Shown here: positions 1 to 8,650 of the stretch, one piece after another
Position numbering within the stretch: position 1 is the first letter of the stretch
Layout of the letters: each line of letters opens with the position of its first letter
Assembly (NCBI GenBank): GCA_963741945.1
Contig: CAVUKA010000008.1
Location: 32,001 to 96,000 of the forward strand
DNA length: 64,000 bases
From: an uncultured Gemmatimonadales bacterium
Lineage (GTDB): Bacteria > Gemmatimonadota > Gemmatimonadetes > Longimicrobiales > RSA9
Reading direction: 5' to 3'
The notes under the pieces: generated by a model
Seen by the model: the letters and a program-made list of their open reading frames with translations, nothing else
The model's database searches: none
What the model was told of the DNA's origin: nothing
Position numbers and translations under genes: made by a program

Positions 1-477
1 AAGGGTGGGTTCGCCCGCGTCATCCAGCTGGGCGTCTACGTGGGAGAGGAGCGGGAGGAAGTGGCCGCGTACGCGGCCGACGGAATCATCGTGGCCACCC
101 CCACCGGCTCCACGGCATACTCGTTGTCGGCGGGGGGCGCTATCGTCGCCCCGTCCATGGAGTGCCTGCTGGCCACACCGATCTCGCCGCACACCCTGGC
201 CGTCCGGCCCCTGGTCCTTCCCGCGGACACGCGTGTGGAAGTCGAGATACGGGACCCGAACGCCGAAGTCGTGCTCACCATCGATGGCCAGGCGGGCGAG
301 GCGCTCGTGAACGGCGATCGACTGGTGGTCCAGCGCGGCCGCGCCACGGTACCCCTGGTCCGCTTCTCGGGCCAGAGCTTCTTCTCGACGCTGCGGCGCA
401 AGCTCCACTGGGGCGCCGGCGCCACCAACCGGGATGGCGGACGGGAGGGGTACTGGGACGGCGGCGCCGACGCGTGA
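1..477 (+). CDS. nadK: NAD kinase, C-terminal part (5' truncated by window edge)
   Basis: Frame is open from base 1. Contains the NAD kinase signature DGIIVATPTGSTAYSLSAGG and PISPHTL, and lies upstream of recN as is typical. Confidence 0.93.
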   Translation, partial: KGGFARVIQLGVYVGEEREEVAAYAADGIIVATPTGSTAYSLSAGGAIVAPSMECLLATPISPHTLAVRPLVLPADTRVEVEIRDPNAEVVLTIDGQAGEALVNGDRLVVQRGRATVPLVRFSGQSFFSTLRRKLHWGAGATNRDGGREGYWDGGADA

Positions 478-528
478 GCGGCCGGCGCAGCTATTGATCG
501 GCCCCGCCGCGCCGGCCTATCATCGCAC

Positions 529-2190
529 ATGCTGATAGAGCTCAGGATAGAGAACTTCGCCGTCATCGAGCACCTCTCGACCCGCCTCCAGCCGGGACTC
601 ACCGTCCTCACGGGTGAGACCGGGGCAGGAAAGTCCATCATCGTGGGCGCGCTGTCTCTGCTCCTGGGTGAGCGCGCCTCCTCCGAAACCGTCCGTGCGG
701 GCGCCGAGCGCGCCGTCGTGGAAGGTGTCTTCGACGTGGCCGGCCGGGCGGACATCGACGCGCTGCTGCGGGAACAGGGACTGGAAACCGAGGCCGGTCT
801 CCTCATCCTTCGCCGCGAAGTGGCGGCGGAGGGGCGGAACCGGGCATGGGTCAACGGCGCGGCCAGCACCGCGTCCCTGGTGGGGGCGCTGGGCGGACGG
901 CTCGTGGACCTCCACGGGCAACACGAACACCAGGCACTGCTCGGAGCCGAGGCCCAGCGAGACATCCTGGATGCCTTCGCGGGGCAGCTCGATGCGACGG
1001 AGCGGCTGCGCGCGGCATATGGCGAGCTGCGGCAGGCGCGCGAAGCCCTGGATTCGCTGGAGTCTCGCCGCCGCGAGGTGGAGCAGCGTGCCGACTTCCT
1101 CCGATTCCAGGCAGAGGAGATCGAGGCCGCGCAGGTGGATGCGGGCGAGGAGGCGCGACTCGAGGAGGAGAGTCGCCGGCTCGAGCACGCAGAGGATCTG
1201 GCCAGGCTCTCGGAGACGCTCCACCAGGCGCTCTATGAGGGCGAGACCTCGGTGGCCGAGGTGCTGGGAGGATTGCGCCGCTCGCTGGACCAGCTGGTCG
1301 AGATCGATGCCGGGCAGGCTGGGGCCAGGGACCTGCTGGAAACCGCGTACTACAACGTGGATGAGCTCGGCCGGCGCATGGGCGACTACGCCAGCGGCGT
1401 GGAACATGATCCCGGACGGCTCGACGCGATCCAGCGGCGGCAGGACCTCCTGTACCGCCTGAAGAACAAGTACGGCCCGACTCTCGCCGACGTGGTGGAG
1501 ACGGGGCGCGCCGCCCGCCGTGAGCTGGAGCTGCTCGAGCGCGGGACTTTCGAGCGGAAGACACTGGAGAAGCGTGTGGCTGAAGCCCGCGCGACCTTCG
1601 ACGCCCTTGCCGCAGAGCTGACCGCTGCCCGTCGGGCTGCGGGCGATCGCCTCGCCCTGGAAGTGCAGGAGGTCCTCCCGGCGCTCGGGCTGGAAGGGGC
1701 CCGCTTCGATGTGGCGCTGCGCACGCTCCCCGAGCCGGGGCCGGGCGGGGCGGAGCGCGTGGAGTTCCTGGTGACCGTGAATGTCGGGTTCGAGCCGCGA
1801 TCGCTCGCCCGGGTGGCCTCGGGTGGCGAGCTGTCCCGGATCATGCTCGCGCTGAAGACGATCCTCGCCCGTGTCGACGCCGTCCCTACGCTGGTCTTCG
1901 ACGAGATCGACGTGGGGATCGGAGGGCGCGTGGGCGCGCAGATCGGTGTGCGGCTCGCGGAAGTGGGACGGCGCCACCAGGTGTTCGCCATCACGCACCT
2001 GCCCCAGATCGCCTCCAGGGCGGACCATCACCTCCTCGTCCGCAAGGAGGAGTCGGGCGGGATGACCCGAACCATGCTCGAGGAGCTGAATGGGGAGCGG
2101 CGGGTGCAGGAGCTCGCCCGGATGCTCGGCGGGGACCCCGAGAGCGACACCAGCCTCGACCACGCCCGGGAGCTGCTCGCAGCGACGTAG
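529..2190 (+). CDS. recN: DNA repair protein RecN
   Basis: Walker A LTGETGAGKS, HGQHEHQ, a coiled-coil middle, ASGGELSR, LVFDEID, ITHLPQIA. Confidence 0.97.
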   Translation: MLIELRIENFAVIEHLSTRLQPGLTVLTGETGAGKSIIVGALSLLLGERASSETVRAGAERAVVEGVFDVAGRADIDALLREQGLETEAGLLILRREVAAEGRNRAWVNGAASTASLVGALGGRLVDLHGQHEHQALLGAEAQRDILDAFAGQLDATERLRAAYGELRQAREALDSLESRRREVEQRADFLRFQAEEIEAAQVDAGEEARLEEESRRLEHAEDLARLSETLHQALYEGETSVAEVLGGLRRSLDQLVEIDAGQAGARDLLETAYYNVDELGRRMGDYASGVEHDPGRLDAIQRRQDLLYRLKNKYGPTLADVVETGRAARRELELLERGTFERKTLEKRVAEARATFDALAAELTAARRAAGDRLALEVQEVLPALGLEGARFDVALRTLPEPGPGGAERVEFLVTVNVGFEPRSLARVASGGELSRIMLALKTILARVDAVPTLVFDEIDVGIGGRVGAQIGVRLAEVGRRHQVFAITHLPQIASRADHHLLVRKEESGGMTRTMLEELNGERRVQELARMLGGDPESDTSLDHARELLAAT

Positions 2191-2207
2191 CGCGGCCGCT
2201 CGGTCGG

Positions 2208-2236
2208 TTGACGCGCGGCACCGCATCGGGTAGACT
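2208..2236 (+). promoter_or_regulatory. sigma70-type promoter of the tRNA-Gly/Cys pair
   Basis: TTGACG-17 nt-TAGACT, about 100 bp upstream of tRNA-Gly. Confidence 0.7.
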
Positions 2237-2333
2237 CTTGCTCGCATCAAGGCAGGATCGGAGAGCGACGCGGCCGCCCCGCTGCCCGGGGGCGCGAGAC
2301 GTTCTGCGGGATCCTCGATCATCGCCGAGTTGC

Positions 2334-2406
2334 GCGGGACTAGCTCAGTTGGTAGAGCGTCTGCTTGCCATGCAGAAGGTCGCCGGTTCGAGTCCGGTGT
2401 CCCGCT
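2334..2406 (+). tRNA. tRNA-Gly (GCC), CCA not encoded
   Basis: Acceptor stem GCGGGAC/GTCCCGC, D-arm TAGCTCAGTTGGTAGAGC, anticodon arm TCTGC-TTGCCAT-GCAGA, T-loop TTCGAGT. Confidence 0.96.
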
Positions 2407-2442
2407 CTGGACGGCCCCGGTCTGCGCCGGGGCCGTTTGATC

Positions 2443-2513
2443 GGGCCCGTAGCCAAGTGGTCAGGCAGAGGACTGCAAATCCTTGAACGCCGGTTCGAAT
2501 CCGGCCGGGCCCT
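2443..2513 (+). tRNA. tRNA-Cys (GCA), CCA not encoded
   Basis: Acceptor stem GGGCCCG/CGGGCCC, anticodon loop CTGCAAA, T-loop TTCGAAT, discriminator U. Confidence 0.95.
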
Positions 2514-2516
2514 CTT

Positions 2517-2563
2517 CGACGGAGGCCGGGAACGCCGCACGGGGCGCCCGGCCTTCGTCGTTT
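2517..2563 (+). terminator. probable intrinsic terminator after the tRNA pair
   Basis: Stem CGACGGAGGCCGGG / CCCGGCCTTCGTCG followed by TTT. Confidence 0.55.
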
Positions 2564-2688
2564 CCGCGGTGCATGTGTCAGGTCGCGCGAAACCGCGGGT
2601 GGGGCCCCTCGCGCCCCCGCCACCGATCGGCCATCTTCCGGGAGGAGCCCGAACGGGGGGAACGCTGACGCCGGTGGCGAGGGAGGCC

Positions 2689-2928
2689 GTGGTGAGAGAA
2701 TCGGGACGAGCAGTGCGCGTGGTGGTGCTCGAGGCGGAGCAGGACGACTATCAGGACGTTTTCGTCCGCCTGCACGCGGAAGTCGGGGTGGTGGAGATCT
2801 ACACCACCGACGAGAACGGCGAGGAGGGGGAGCTCGTGGCCACGGCGCCGCTGGGCCACACACTCATCAAATGGGGCGACGACAGCGCCGCCAAGTACCC
2901 GGCGAGCGACCGCGAGATGGTCGGCTAA
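2689..2928 (+). CDS. small acidic hypothetical protein (about 79 aa)
   Basis: 3' part of ORF 2365-2928. A GGGAGG RBS precedes the GTG, codons end mostly in G/C, and the sequence is protein-like (VRVVVLEAEQDDYQDVFVRL). The upstream part of the ORF overlaps the tRNAs and is spurious. Confidence 0.65.
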   Translation: MVRESGRAVRVVVLEAEQDDYQDVFVRLHAEVGVVEIYTTDENGEEGELVATAPLGHTLIKWGDDSAAKYPASDREMVG

Positions 2929-3395
2929 TCGAGCGTCTCGGGAAGCGTCCGCAGCTCCACGATCTCGAACGTCCGCTCGCCGGCCGGTAGCTGCACCGCC
3001 ACTGTCTCGCCCTCCCGGGCACCCATGAGTCCGCGGGCGAGCGGAGAAGCCATGCTGATGTGCCCGGCATCGAGGTCCATGAAGTCGCCGGCCACGATCG
3101 TGTATTCGTACTCGTCGCCGGACCCGTCGCGCACCTTCAGCCAGCTCCCGAAGCCCACGCGATCGCGCGGGATGCCCTTCACATCGATGTTCGAGAGCTC
3201 TCGCAGCCGGTTCGTAAGATGGCCGAGGCGCGCCTGTACGAACTGCTGCCGTTCGAGCGCGGACTTGTAGTCCGCGTTCTCCCGCAGGTCGCCGTGCTCC
3301 ACGGCCGTCTTGATCCGCTGCGGCAGCTCCACCTGCAGCTCGTGCTGCAGGTGCGCGACTTCTGCTTCCAGTTTGGCGATGATCTCGTCGAGCAT
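2925..3395 (-). CDS. greA: transcription elongation factor GreA
   Basis: HGDLRENADY motif, VGFGS, ISMASPLARGLMG. Confidence 0.93.
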   Translation of the reverse strand: MLDEIIAKLEAEVAHLQHELQVELPQRIKTAVEHGDLRENADYKSALERQQFVQARLGHLTNRLRELSNIDVKGIPRDRVGFGSWLKVRDGSGDEYEYTIVAGDFMDLDAGHISMASPLARGLMGAREGETVAVQLPAGERTFEIVELRTLPETLD

Positions 3396-3556
3396 GGCGG
3401 CAAAGATAGCTCGGCCGAAGGGCCAGCGGAACCCGCGTCCGGGCGGCCCCCCGGCTCCGCGGGCACTCTGCGGCGGGAATGGAACTTGCGCCCCCGTCCC
3501 GGCCGTTCCCGGGCGTGCTCGCGCCCCAGCCAGTCCCGGCAGATGGGAGTGACGCC

Positions 3557-4225
3557 GTGTTTTCCAAGGGCCTGTCGGAAGCAGCGCAGAAACGCGTCGA
3601 GCTCGCCGTGGCGGTGGCCCAGGAAAAGCTGCTCTCTACACATGTGGATCACGCGCTGGATCTGATCGCGCTGGTCAATGACGAAGTCAGCTTCATCGAC
3701 GCCCTGGAAATCTATGCCCGGCTTCTCCGTCTCGACGACGACGAGGCGCAGAATCTGAGCTCCCGGGCGTTGGCCATTCTCGGCGAACGCGCGGAATCCG
3801 GGCAGGACTGGGAGACCCTTGCAGAGGGCGAGACCGAGGCGCCGGACGAAATCGGCCGTGGGGACGGGCACTCCCTGTTCGGACTGCTCCGAGACCGCCT
3901 GCGCGGGCGAGTCAATGAGGACTTGCGCTGGCGCGTCGAGCTCGTCGCGGCCCGCGCCGAGGTGGCATTGATCGAGACTCACATGAAGAACGCGCTGCAC
4001 TTCGCCGACTTCCTGGGCGAGGAACTGGAAGATCGCAAGGCAGTGGAGCTATATTTGGACGCTCTGGATGTACGGGAATCCGTGGCAGAGGTAACCTACT
4101 ATCTCGCTCTCTCGCGCATCGCTGATACCGTGCTGCCCGAACACGGCTCTGGCCTCGCCGCTGCGCGCGAGGCCGAGGCACGGCGCTCGCGCCAGGAGGC
4201 TGCGGGGCCGCCGGCCCAGGAATGA
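3557..4225 (+). CDS. hypothetical helical protein with an internal duplication
   Basis: GGGAG RBS before GTG 3557; two similar segments of about 65 aa, each starting RVEL. Confidence 0.8.
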   Translation: MFSKGLSEAAQKRVELAVAVAQEKLLSTHVDHALDLIALVNDEVSFIDALEIYARLLRLDDDEAQNLSSRALAILGERAESGQDWETLAEGETEAPDEIGRGDGHSLFGLLRDRLRGRVNEDLRWRVELVAARAEVALIETHMKNALHFADFLGEELEDRKAVELYLDALDVRESVAEVTYYLALSRIADTVLPEHGSGLAAAREAEARRSRQEAAGPPAQE

Positions 4226-4330
4226 AGCCGAACGCGTCGGTGCTGGCTGCCTCACGTTCGCATGTCGCGACTTCGCCCGTCCGCCCGGAGGGACGAAATT
4301 TCTTGTTGTCCCGGGTCACACTCAGAGGTT

Positions 4331-4345
4331 TGGCATTGGGATTGC
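4331..4345 (+). promoter_or_regulatory. candidate sigma54 (-24/-12) promoter
   Basis: TGGCATTGGGATTGC matches TGGCA-N6-TTGC with exact GG-N10-GC spacing, about 145 bp upstream of the OMP start. Confidence 0.55.
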
Positions 4346-4489
4346 GAACCCCTTGGCCCGGACGCGGGACCAGCACCGCCGCCGGGGTGGTGGTGCAGCC
4401 TGCAGGAGTCCAGCGCCGGATGCCGCCGACGGCATCCGTGCGTGAGTAGAAACGATTGTTATGGAATCCTTCTATCGGGGAGACCTCAG

Positions 4490-5827
4490 ATGATGAAAAA
4501 GACACTGTTGGCTGCCAGCGCAGTGGCGCTGGCGGGCGCTTTCGCGGCGACGCCCGCGAACGCCCAGGAGTTCCCGGGCTACCGGTTGGACTTCGGCATC
4601 AACGGCGGGTATGCCTGGTACAGCAACGCGCTGGACGCGAGCGCGGCCGGTACCGACGATGTGAAAGTGACCTATGATCCGGGGTGGCTGGTGGGCTCCC
4701 AGCTCACGTGGTGGGCCACTGACCGCGTAGGGATCCGGGCCAACGGCACGTACACGGACCGGCCGCTCACCGGCGACTGGACGGCATCGGACATCAACCT
4801 GGTCGACGACGTGAACCTGTGGACGGGGTCGGGCGACCTGCTCTTCCGGCTGACCGGGAACACCGGCGCCATGTGGCGCCCGTACCTGGCGCTCGGCGCC
4901 GGTGCCATGTGGACGAACCCGGCCGGCAACGTCGTCGCGAACCCGACGTCGGCGGAGCCCGAAACGGGCGCGACGTTCCAGGTTCCCGCAGCAGGCGGCA
5001 CGAAGTCGGTGGCGCTGATCGAGAAGCCCCGGTTCATGGGGCTGGCGGCGCTCGGCACGGACGTTCGCCTCGCCGACCACTTCGGGCTTCGGTTCGAAGT
5101 CGGTGATCGGATCTCGAAGTTCCCGCTCAAGGGTGGGACCGCGGACCTCGAGGACAACGTGTCGAAGGTCGCGCATATGATCTACGGACAGGCGGGGCTG
5201 CAGTTCATAATGGGCCTGAAGGAGCCCGAGGTGGTGGCCGTTGCGCCGGCACCGCCGCCGCCAGCGCCGAAGCCTGCGCCCGCTCCCGCCCCGGCACCGA
5301 AGCCGGTGGAGGAGAACGTGAGCGTGTGCGTGGTGAACCCGAGCGCGCCCGGTGGCCTGCAGACGGTGAACGCCATCTACCTGCCGGAAACGCGGGACAC
5401 GGTGGTGATGGTGGCCGGTCAGCGTCAGCCGCTGGCGAGCACGCTGCCCACGGTGACCATGGCGAACGAGGCCGACTGGTTCGTGCAGGGTGAGCCGCTG
5501 ACACTGAAGATGGCGCCGAACGTGAACCTGGAATACACCACGTGGCAGTCCGCACGAGTCATCAACGCGAACGACCTCACGTATCTGGGGAACGTGCGCG
5601 GTGTCCCGGTCTACGCCTCGACGGGGGACGTGTCCGGTGTGGCGAGCAGCCTGTCCGACCTTCGCGCGCAGCAGACGGACAACGACCTGAGCGGCATGCT
5701 CATGAAGTCGTCGGATCTGCGCGATGCGCTCGAGGATGCCCAGTACCTGTACGTGCCGCTGCGCCCGACGGGGTGCGTCTTCCAGACGGTCCGACAGGTC
5801 GAGCAGGTGAGGAAGAAGGATAGCTGA
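4490..5827 (+). CDS. outer-membrane beta-barrel protein with Pro/Ala linker and an uncharacterised C-terminal domain
   Basis: GGGGAG RBS, signal peptide MMKKTLLAASAVALAGAFAATPANA, amphipathic strands (RPYLALGAG, FGLRFEVGD, GQAGLQF), linker PAPPPPAPKPAPAPAPAPKP. Confidence 0.8.
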   Translation: MMKKTLLAASAVALAGAFAATPANAQEFPGYRLDFGINGGYAWYSNALDASAAGTDDVKVTYDPGWLVGSQLTWWATDRVGIRANGTYTDRPLTGDWTASDINLVDDVNLWTGSGDLLFRLTGNTGAMWRPYLALGAGAMWTNPAGNVVANPTSAEPETGATFQVPAAGGTKSVALIEKPRFMGLAALGTDVRLADHFGLRFEVGDRISKFPLKGGTADLEDNVSKVAHMIYGQAGLQFIMGLKEPEVVAVAPAPPPPAPKPAPAPAPAPKPVEENVSVCVVNPSAPGGLQTVNAIYLPETRDTVVMVAGQRQPLASTLPTVTMANEADWFVQGEPLTLKMAPNVNLEYTTWQSARVINANDLTYLGNVRGVPVYASTGDVSGVASSLSDLRAQQTDNDLSGMLMKSSDLRDALEDAQYLYVPLRPTGCVFQTVRQVEQVRKKDS

Positions 5828-5849
5828 CGCCTCGCCCGGGAGGCAGCAG

Positions 5850-5892
5850 AGAGCGCCCGATCGGCCCGGCCGGTCGGGCGCTCTTCCTTTTT
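5850..5892 (+). terminator. intrinsic terminator
   Basis: AGAGCGCCCGATCGGC-loop-GCCGGTCGGGCGCTCT followed by TCCTTTTT. Confidence 0.75.
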
Positions 5893-6048
5893 GCACGGCT
5901 CTGGCCGCGACAGTAGATTGGACCCCCTCCACAGGGCGCACGAACCCGGCCCTGAAGCGGACACCCATTCAGGACGCACACACCGGCTCCGGCGGACCAC
6001 CGCCGCCGCAAGCGGGCAATCGGCAAGCAAGGAACACGGAGGAGAGAC

Positions 6049-6978
6049 ATGAGCCCGAATGGTACGGCGGTCACCGCCGAAGTGACGACGCGGCCCACGC
6101 TCGACCAGCTCGACCTGCCGGTGGGCAAGCGCGTTCGTCTGCACCGACTGCTCTACGAGGGCGGGGTGGGCAACGGAACGCTGCTGATCCTCCCCATCGA
6201 TCAGGGGATCGAGCACGGCCCCGTGGACTTCCTGCCGAATCCCCCGTCGGCCGACCCCAACTACCAATGGCGCCTGGCGGTGGAGGGCGGCTACAACGCC
6301 ATCGCCTGCCACTGGGGCATGGCGCGGCGCTACATGAAGGCGTACGCGGGCAAGGTGCCGCTGGTGTTGAAGATCAACGGCAAGACCACCATCCCGAATG
6401 ACGACGAAGCGCTCTCATCGCCGACGGCCACGGTGGAGGACGCCGTCAGCCTCGGGGCCGACGCCGTCGGATACACCCTGTATGTGGGGTCTCCGCGCCA
6501 GGACGACGACTTCGCGCGCCTGATGGGCGTGCGCGACGCCTGCGAGAAGTGGGGCATGCCGCTGATCGTGTGGGCGTACCCGCGGGGCGCGGCGATCGAG
6601 GCGAAGGGGGGGCGCGACAGCCTCTACGCCGTGGACTATGCGGCGCGCCTGGCCCACGAGTTCGGCGCGGACATCATCAAGCTGAACGTGCCGAAGAAGG
6701 GCGAGAAGGACGGCCAGATGCCGCAGAAGTACCAGCAGATCGAGTGGGACTACGACAGCGGCATACGGCGGGTGGTCCAGAGTGCGGGCAACTCCATGGT
6801 CCTGTTCAGCGGGGGGAGCAAGCTGAGCGACGAGGACCTCATGAGCAAGGCGCGCTCGGTCATGGAGCAAGGGGCCACCGGCCTCATATTCGGGCGCAAC
6901 ATGTGGCAGCGGCCGTACGACGAGGCGCTGGCCACCACCCGGCGGGTGAAGGAGATGCTCGTGGACTTCCCGGCCTGA
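6049..6978 (+). CDS. fbaB: class I fructose-bisphosphate aldolase (DhnA/FbaB family)
   Basis: LILPIDQGIEHGP, LGADAVGYTLYVGS, WAYPRG, Schiff-base Lys in GADIIK, GLIFGRNMWQ. Confidence 0.9.
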   Translation: MSPNGTAVTAEVTTRPTLDQLDLPVGKRVRLHRLLYEGGVGNGTLLILPIDQGIEHGPVDFLPNPPSADPNYQWRLAVEGGYNAIACHWGMARRYMKAYAGKVPLVLKINGKTTIPNDDEALSSPTATVEDAVSLGADAVGYTLYVGSPRQDDDFARLMGVRDACEKWGMPLIVWAYPRGAAIEAKGGRDSLYAVDYAARLAHEFGADIIKLNVPKKGEKDGQMPQKYQQIEWDYDSGIRRVVQSAGNSMVLFSGGSKLSDEDLMSKARSVMEQGATGLIFGRNMWQRPYDEALATTRRVKEMLVDFPA

Positions 6979-6982
6979 GCCG

Positions 6983-7693
6983 GTGGAGCCCGCGTTGACT
7001 CAGGACGAGCTGAAGCGGCGCGCAGCGCAACGGGCGGTGGAGCTGGTCGAAGACGGGATGAAGCTCGGCCTCGGCACCGGGTCCACCGCCCGGCACGTGC
7101 TCGAAGCGATCGCGGTCCGGAGGAGCGCCGGCGAGCTCGAGCACGTGGTGGGAGTACCCACGTCCCGCGACACTCGCGGTCGTGCCGGGGAGCTGGGGAT
7201 CCCGTTGAGCACGCTGGACGACCTCCCGCGCCTGGATCTCACCCTGGATGGCGCCGACGAGGTCGATCCGGCCCTGAATCTGATCAAGGGCCTGGGGGGT
7301 GCGCTGCTCTGGGAGAAGATCGTGGCCGCCGCCAGCGACCGGGTCGTGATCGTCGTGGACGAGACCAAGCTCGTGGACCGCCTTGGTGCCCGCTCGCCCG
7401 TACCCGTGGAAGTGGTCCCCTTCGGCTGGCGCACGCTCCTGGCGCCGCTTTCGCGGCTTGGCGCCCGGCCTGCGCTCCGCAACGACCGCAATGGCGACCC
7501 GTTCCGGACCGATGGCGGCCATTTCATCCTCGACTGCGCCTTCGATCACCGCCTGGACGCGCCCGCTCTGGAGCGGGAGCTTCAGCGCCTGCCGGCCGTG
7601 GTCGAGACCGGCCTGTTCATCGGCATGGCGGATACCATCGTGGTCGGCGGTGAACGGGAAATCCGACTGATCCACAGGGAAGGCACGCGATGA
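6983..7693 (+). CDS. rpiA: ribose-5-phosphate isomerase A
   Basis: GLGTGST, DGADEVD, IKGLGGALLWEKIVA. Confidence 0.96.
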   Translation: MEPALTQDELKRRAAQRAVELVEDGMKLGLGTGSTARHVLEAIAVRRSAGELEHVVGVPTSRDTRGRAGELGIPLSTLDDLPRLDLTLDGADEVDPALNLIKGLGGALLWEKIVAAASDRVVIVVDETKLVDRLGARSPVPVEVVPFGWRTLLAPLSRLGARPALRNDRNGDPFRTDGGHFILDCAFDHRLDAPALERELQRLPAVVETGLFIGMADTIVVGGEREIRLIHREGTR

Positions 7694-8355
7694 CCGTGAA
7701 GATCGCACCGTCCATCCTCTCCGCCGACTTCGCCCGGCTCGCCGACGGCATCACGGCCGCGGAAGACGCCGGCGCAGACTGGATCCACGTCGACGTGATG
7801 GACGGGCACTTCGTCCCCAACATCACCATCGGGCCACCCGTCGTGGCGGCCATTCGCAAGACCACGGACCTGCCGCTCGACGTTCACCTCATGATCGAGG
7901 CTCCCGAGCGCTACATCGATGCCTTCGCGGACGCCGGCGCCGACATGCTCACCGTGCATCAGGAAGCCGTCATCCACCTCCACCGCACCGTGGAGGCCAT
8001 ACACCACCGCGGGATGCGCGCGGGCGTTTCTCTCAACCCGAGCACTCCCGCCATCCTCCTGCAGGACATCGCACCCTACCTGGACATGGTCCTCGTCATG
8101 AGCGTCAACCCCGGCTTCGGCGGGCAGCGCTTCATTCCCGGCACCCCCGCCAAGATCCGCCGGGTGGCGGAAATCCTCCGGGAAGCCGGCCGCGATGACG
8201 CGGAGATCGAGGTGGATGGTGGCATCGCCCCGGACACTGCGGGCGACGTCGTCGCCGCCGGGGCCACCGTCCTCGTCGCCGGCGCCGCCATCTTCCGGGG
8301 CACCGGCTCCGTCGCCGAGAACATCCAGGCCATTCGCGACGCGGCCGGGGAGTAG
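7690..8355 (+). CDS. rpe: ribulose-phosphate 3-epimerase
   Basis: IAPSILSADF, HVDVMDGHFVPN, MSVNPGFGGQ, EVDGGI. Confidence 0.97.
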   Translation: MTVKIAPSILSADFARLADGITAAEDAGADWIHVDVMDGHFVPNITIGPPVVAAIRKTTDLPLDVHLMIEAPERYIDAFADAGADMLTVHQEAVIHLHRTVEAIHHRGMRAGVSLNPSTPAILLQDIAPYLDMVLVMSVNPGFGGQRFIPGTPAKIRRVAEILREAGRDDAEIEVDGGIAPDTAGDVVAAGATVLVAGAAIFRGTGSVAENIQAIRDAAGE

Positions 8356-8650
8356 CCCCGGCCCGCTGGGGGGGGAAACCCCGGACAGCATCGCGCCGGG
8401 TTGTCCCCCGCCGTCCCGCGGACGTACGCGTAAGGGAAGCTCCCACACGATGCTCCCGGTCCGTCCCGACGTCACAATGGTGCAACTCCGGGTGGTAAGC
8501 GGTCGTGGAGTGAGCGAAATTGCGCGCGAGCAGGGAGGTCGAGGGGCGCGGAAGGGTGCGGTGCCGTGCCTTGTTGCACTCCAGGGCTTGTGCGAGGTTT
8601 CGGCCATCGGGGGCCGTGTGGCCGGAACCGCAGACAGGGGCGAGATGGGG

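Noticed and set aside
3481-3507. ECF sigma promoter GGAAC...CGTT upstream of the duplicated helical protein
   Set aside because: The 18-nt spacer is longer than the usual 16-17, so support is too weak.
4222-4449. ORFs starting at ATGA/GTGA overlaps at 4222 and 26643
   Set aside because: They are not coupled to a downstream start and are not protein-like. They show that such overlaps can arise by chance, which also tempers the mini-ORF findings.
6049-8355. fba-rpiA-rpe as a Calvin-cycle cluster
   Set aside because: No RuBisCO or phosphoribulokinase in the window; ordinary pentose-phosphate and glycolytic functions suffice.
8356-8650. Rex, Fnr or sigma54 site upstream of the hem operon, and the long N-terminal extension of ORF 8195
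   Set aside because: Only half-sites were found (TCACAA, TTGTGCG), the GG-N10-GC spacing is not met, and the extension is not protein-like.
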